Origin: an uncultured Flavobacteriaceae bacterium
Lineage (GTDB): Bacteria; Bacteroidota; Bacteroidia; Flavobacteriales; Flavobacteriaceae
Reading direction: 5' to 3'
DNA: 64,000 nt
Assembly: GCA_947486785.1 (NCBI GenBank)
Contig: CANKUU010000010.1
Coordinates: forward strand, 61,272 to 125,271
Below the pieces are notes generated by a model. That model saw only the letters and a program-made list of their open reading frames with translations. It searched no databases and was not told the origin of the DNA. Of the stretch, positions 59,817-64,000 are shown piece by piece; the first letter of the stretch is position 1, and each line of letters opens with the position of its first letter. Position numbers and translations under genes: made by a program.

Positions 59817-61358
59817 TTATAACGGAATATTGCCATGTTTCTTTTTTGGAAGGCTAGCGACTTTATTTTCAAGTAAAGTAAACGCTTTTATCAATTTTCG
59901 TCGGGTGTTTTTAGGTAATATTACTTCATCAATAAAACCTCTCTCTGCGGCACTGTAAGGATTAGCAAATTTTTCGGCATACTCGGCCTCTTTCTCCTCT
60001 AATTTAGCTTGAGGGTCATCAGCAGAACGTATTTCATTTTTAAAAATTATCTCGCTTGCACCTTTAGCTCCCATTACTGCTATCTCAGCACCAGGCCATG
60101 CATAATTTAAATCTGCGCCAATATGCTTAGAGTTCATTACATCATAAGCACCACCATAAGCTTTTCTCGTAATTACAGTTACTTTAGGCACCGTAGCTTC
60201 ACTTAAGGCATAGAGTAATTTAGCACCGTTAGTAATGATACCATTCCATTCTTGATCAGTACCAGGCAAAAACCCCGGTACGTCTACTAACACTAAAAGA
60301 GGAATATTAAAGCAGTCGCAGAATCGTGTAAATCGAGCCGCTTTTTTCGAGCTATCGACATCTAATACACCAGCTAAATTTATAGGCTGATTGGCAACAA
60401 TTCCGATACTTTTACCTGCCAACCGTGCGAAACCTACGACAATGTTAGTAGCGTACTCTTTATGTATCTCAAAAAAGGAATCATGATCTATAATTTCGTT
60501 AATAACATGGCGCATATCATATGGCTGATTTGCATTCTCTGGCACAATATGCTCTAAATTATCACGAACTTCTTCACCTAATTCAAAAGAAATATCTAGC
60601 GGTGCATCTGTACAATTTTGTGGCATATAACTAAGTATCTGCTTAATCTGATTAATGCACTGTATATCATTCGCTGCGGTTAAATGGGTAACCCCTGATT
60701 TTGTTGCATGTGTTACAGCACCTCCTAATTCTTCTGAACTAACTTCTTCATTGGTTACAGTTTTTACCACATTAGGCCCTGTCACAAACATATAACTAGA
60801 ATTTTCAACCATCAAAGTAAAATCGGTAATGGCCGGAGAATATACTGCTCCGCCAGCGCAAGGTCCCATTATGGCCGAAATTTGAGGAATTACGCCAGAA
60901 GCCATTACATTTCGATGAAAAATATCAGCATAACCACCTAACGAACGAACTCCTTCTTGTATTCTTGCCCCGCCGCTATCATTTAAACCAATTATAGGTA
61001 CTCCAATTTTCATGGCCATATCTATAATTCTACATATTTTTTCGGCATGAGTTTCCGAAAGGGCGCCCCCAAAAACCGTAAAATCTTGAGCGAAAACACA
61101 TACTTGCCTACCGTTTATGGTTCCGTATCCGGTTAACACACCATCCCCAAAAAAAAGTTGCTTTTCCATTCCAAAATCTTTGGTGCGATGGGTAACCAAA
61201 GCACCAAGCTCTTCGAAAGAACCTTCATCTAATAAAAAATGCACCCGCTCGCGGGCTGTAAGTTTTCCTTTAGCATGTTGCTTATCAATACGATCTTGAC
61301 CTCCAGCCAAATGTGATGCTGCTAATTTATCTGCTAGTATTTGCTTTTTATCTTTCAT
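59817..61358 (-). CDS. pccB: Propionyl-CoA carboxylase beta subunit (carboxyltransferase)
   Basis: [61 protein letters not shown]. Confidence 0.92.
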   Translation of the reverse strand: MKDKKQILADKLAASHLAGGQDRIDKQHAKGKLTARERVHFLLDEGSFEELGALVTHRTKDFGMEKQLFFGDGVLTGYGTINGRQVCVFAQDFTVFGGALSETHAEKICRIIDMAMKIGVPIIGLNDSGGARIQEGVRSLGGYADIFHRNVMASGVIPQISAIMGPCAGGAVYSPAITDFTLMVENSSYMFVTGPNVVKTVTNEEVSSEELGGAVTHATKSGVTHLTAANDIQCINQIKQILSYMPQNCTDAPLDISFELGEEVRDNLEHIVPENANQPYDMRHVINEIIDHDSFFEIHKEYATNIVVGFARLAGKSIGIVANQPINLAGVLDVDSSKKAARFTRFCDCFNIPLLVLVDVPGFLPGTDQEWNGIITNGAKLLYALSEATVPKVTVITRKAYGGAYDVMNSKHIGADLNYAWPGAEIAVMGAKGASEIIFKNEIRSADDPQAKLEEKEAEYAEKFANPYSAAERGFIDEVILPKNTRRKLIKAFTLLENKVASLPKKKHGNIPL

Positions 61359-61381
61359 TGGAACTATTCAAATAATTGTAA

Positions 61382-62854
61382 TTACATTCTACTTTTTTTC
61401 CAATTAGAAGCCATTTTTGCAGGTTTTTTTACGGCCTTCTGATGTTCAAGATACAGTTTTAAGCCCATTAAAGCTGCAATGTTTTCTTCTTCATAAAATT
61501 GCTCTTTTAACTGTTTTGGGTTATAGTATTTTTTAACAAAATGTGTGTCAAAATTACCTGAAACAAAAGCTTCATGCTCAAAGAGAAACTGCCCAAAAGC
61601 TAAGGTTGTTGCAACACCTTCTATGTGATAATTCGCTATAGCTTCGCGCATTAAATAAATAGCTTCTGCCCTATCTTTTCCAAAAGTAATTAGTTTAGCA
61701 ATCATAGGATCGTAATAAATGGGTATTTTCATACCCACTTCAAAACCGTCATCCACCCGTATTCCTTCGCCTGACGGAACTTTATATTTTTCTAAAGTTC
61801 CGATACTTGGCATAAAGTTCTCTTGCGGATCTTCGGCATAAACTCGCAGTTCTAATGAATGACCTTTAATTTCAAGATCGCTTTGTTTAATACTTAATAC
61901 TTCTCTTTTTGCGATTTTAATTTGTTGTTCTACCAAGTCTACACCCGAAATAAATTCTGTAACTGGGTGTTCTACTTGTAAACGGGTATTCATCTCAAGA
62001 AAAAAGAAGTTTTTTTCTTCATCTAATAAGAACTCTACTGTACCCGCACCTTCATAATTACAAGCTTTTGCCACCTTAATAGCTGCGGCACCCATCGCCA
62101 ATCTAAGCTCTGGAGTTACTACTATAGAAGGGGCTTCTTCTACTACTTTTTGATGTCTTCTTTGAATGCTACATTCTCGTTCAAAAAGGTGAATAATATT
62201 ACCATGGGTATCTGCCAACACCTGTATTTCTATGTGCCTTGGCGAACTTACATACTTTTCAATAAATACTGAACCATCTCCAAAGGCGGCCTTTGCCTCA
62301 CTTATAGCGCGATTCATTTGCTCTTCTAAATCTTCTATTTTTTCTACAATTCGCATTCCTTTTCCTCCGCCACCTGCAGAAGCCTTAATTAGAATAGGAA
62401 AACCAATTTCTGTTGCTATTTTCTTTGCTAATTTCAAATCTGTAATAGCATCATCAATGCCCGGAACCATAGGTATATCATAGGATCGTAAAGTTTCTTT
62501 TGCTGCCAACTTATTACCCATAACCTCAATAGCATGGGGTTTTGGCCCTATAAATACAAGTCCGTTTTCTGCCACCATTTTGGCAAAAACAGCATTTTCA
62601 CTAAGAAAACCATAACCCGGATGAATCGCATCTGCTGCTGTTTGTTTAGCGGCATCAATTATTTTCTGCATTACCAAATAGGACTGAGCAGAAGGTGCTG
62701 GACCCAGTAATATTGCTTCATCAGCAAATTTTACATGGGGTGATGCTCTATCTACATCAGAATAAACTGCTACGGTTTTAATTCCCATCTTTTTAGCAGT
62801 CTTCATAATTCGAAGTGCGATCTCGCCTCTATTTGCTATTACTATCTTTTTCAT
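61382..62854 (-). CDS. Biotin carboxylase subunit of acyl-CoA (propionyl-CoA) carboxylase
   Basis: IANRGEIA, HPGYGFLSEN, KASAGGGGKGMR, RECSIQRRHQK, EMNTRLQVEHPVTE, YDPMIAKL; alternative start 62866. Confidence 0.93.
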   Translation of the reverse strand: MKKIVIANRGEIALRIMKTAKKMGIKTVAVYSDVDRASPHVKFADEAILLGPAPSAQSYLVMQKIIDAAKQTAADAIHPGYGFLSENAVFAKMVAENGLVFIGPKPHAIEVMGNKLAAKETLRSYDIPMVPGIDDAITDLKLAKKIATEIGFPILIKASAGGGGKGMRIVEKIEDLEEQMNRAISEAKAAFGDGSVFIEKYVSSPRHIEIQVLADTHGNIIHLFERECSIQRRHQKVVEEAPSIVVTPELRLAMGAAAIKVAKACNYEGAGTVEFLLDEEKNFFFLEMNTRLQVEHPVTEFISGVDLVEQQIKIAKREVLSIKQSDLEIKGHSLELRVYAEDPQENFMPSIGTLEKYKVPSGEGIRVDDGFEVGMKIPIYYDPMIAKLITFGKDRAEAIYLMREAIANYHIEGVATTLAFGQFLFEHEAFVSGNFDTHFVKKYYNPKQLKEQFYEEENIAALMGLKLYLEHQKAVKKPAKMASNWKKSRM

Positions 62855-62893
62855 TCTTATTGCCATCCATTAATAACCCACTTTTTGGCTAAA

Positions 62894-63373
62894 TTATTCC
62901 ATTTCAATAATCAATTGTCCCTTTTCTACAGCATCTTCTTTGTTCACAAGTACTGCTTTCACCTTTCCTTCGCCTTGAGAAAGAATAATGTTTTCCATTT
63001 TCATGGCAGATAAAACCAATAACGGGGTTCCTTCTTCAATCTCTTGCCCTTTTTCAACTAAAACATCTATAATTAAACCAGGCATAGGCGCTTTAATCGA
63101 ATTTATTTTCTTAGAACTTACCGCCAATAAGCCCATTTTTTTCACTTGCCGATCATAGCTATCTTGAAGTTGTACCTCATAAGAATTTCCATTTATGAGT
63201 AATCTAAAATTTTTATTTGAAACGTCTTCATGAGCTATATCAACCTTGTAACTAGTAGCATTTGCCAATACATGAAAAGAATCATGCCCCATTTCAATAC
63301 TATCTAAAGCTTCTAAATCAGTTTTAGAAAGTACTATTTCTTTTCCGTTTACAGTAATCGAGTAATCTGCCAT
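62894..63373 (-). CDS. Biotin carboxyl carrier protein
   Basis: APMPGLI, SAMKMEN biotinylation motif, V.KGQLI. Confidence 0.93.
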   Translation of the reverse strand: MADYSITVNGKEIVLSKTDLEALDSIEMGHDSFHVLANATSYKVDIAHEDVSNKNFRLLINGNSYEVQLQDSYDRQVKKMGLLAVSSKKINSIKAPMPGLIIDVLVEKGQEIEEGTPLLVLSAMKMENIILSQGEGKVKAVLVNKEDAVEKGQLIIEME

Positions 63374-63873
63374 TTCTTTTAACCTAAAATCAATAGGGAA
63401 ATATAAGTAAAAGGTATTTAATTTACAGATATTATATCATACAATTAACCTCTCGCATAAAAGTATGTTCGGTAACCTGTATTTGCGAACCTTACAAGTG
63501 AACTGTTGAAAAGAAAAATGCTTCTTTAATTTAAAAAAATATTAAAGGAATTTAACTTTAATACATGTATTCAACAAACGAACAGTAAACGCTGCTTCGG
63601 CTCTTCCCATTTTTATAAATAGCGGCCCAAAAATTTAGGCATGAGTTGAAAAAGCTTACTCCTATTGGTATCCTTAGGGCGTAGCATTTTTTAAAAATGA
63701 GTAAAAGAATAAACTCAAATTTAGACCTATTGATTATATCACTCGTAGATCTTACTAGCCTTTAGATAAAATGCGAAACACATCACATGTAGAAAAATAA
63801 GCAGCTCCTTATTCTATAAACTTTCATTTAAATGAGAAGAATGTTGTTTCGGTATAGCGGAGTTCCTAAACAT

Positions 63874-63909
63874 AAAAAAAGCCAAGATACTTATCCCAGC
63901 TTTTTTTTT
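63874..63909 (-). terminator. Intrinsic terminator of tRNA-Leu
   Basis: Minus strand GCTGGGAT-AAGT-ATCTTGGC with G-U pairs, then a U7 tract. Confidence 0.65.
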
Positions 63910-63910
63910 G

Positions 63911-63993
63911 TACCGAAGGCGGGAATCGAACCCGCACGCCTTGTGAGCAATGGATTTTGAATCCATCGTGTCTACCAATTCCACCACTTCGGC
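63911..63993 (-). tRNA. tRNA-Leu (CAA)
   Basis: Minus strand GCCGAAGTGGTGGAATTGGTAGACACGATGGATTCAAAATCCATTGCTCACAAGGCGTGCGGGTTCGATTCCCGCCTTCGGTA; long variable arm, anticodon CAA, CCA not encoded. Confidence 0.96.
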
Positions 63994-64000
63994 AAAGAAT

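Noticed and set aside
1870-62483. Many 60-140 aa ORFs antisense or out of frame inside long genes (e.g. 16509..16880, 21577..21993, 41482..41862, 52414..52770)
   Set aside because: They overlap well-supported CDSs, have no recognisable motifs, and are the expected shadow ORFs.
63374-63873. Possible cobalamin riboswitch upstream of the PCC/mutase operon
   Set aside because: I could not find B12-box conserved elements by eye; an Infernal search would be needed.

Overview
AT-rich (visually ~35% GC) DNA from a Bacteroidota genome, most likely Flavobacteriaceae, judged from susC/susD, TTG-N19-TAnnTTTG promoters, exonuclease-fused DnaE and long S16. From 1 to ~25.9 kb is a polysaccharide-utilisation locus that continues off the left edge: TPR/DUF5107-type gene, GH2, susC, susD, two tandem ASPIC/UnbV FG-GAP lipoproteins and GH95. 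It converges on a TetR-headed operon (SSS transporter, extended mutarotase, Gfo/Idh/MocA oxidoreductase, GH29, L-fuconate dehydratase) that ends at the 3' side of tRNA-Asp. Core genes follow (DUF58, trxA, dnaE, rpsP, rimM). Next is an uncharacterised cassette of a PSD1-type c-type cytochrome, DUF1501, a DUF2231-cytochrome-LRR fusion and a sulfatase, coupled to trmN6. The rest holds an acyl-CoA dehydrogenase, a double SGNH hydrolase, a YdeP/FdhF oxidoreductase, a dinB-dnaE2 cassette with two GGA-N5-TCC boxes, an orphan tandem DUF1080, a propionyl-CoA carboxylase/methylmalonyl-CoA mutase cluster and tRNA-Leu(CAA). I saw no CRISPR array, transposase, integrase or rRNA. All family calls come from motif recognition by eye; no database searches were run.
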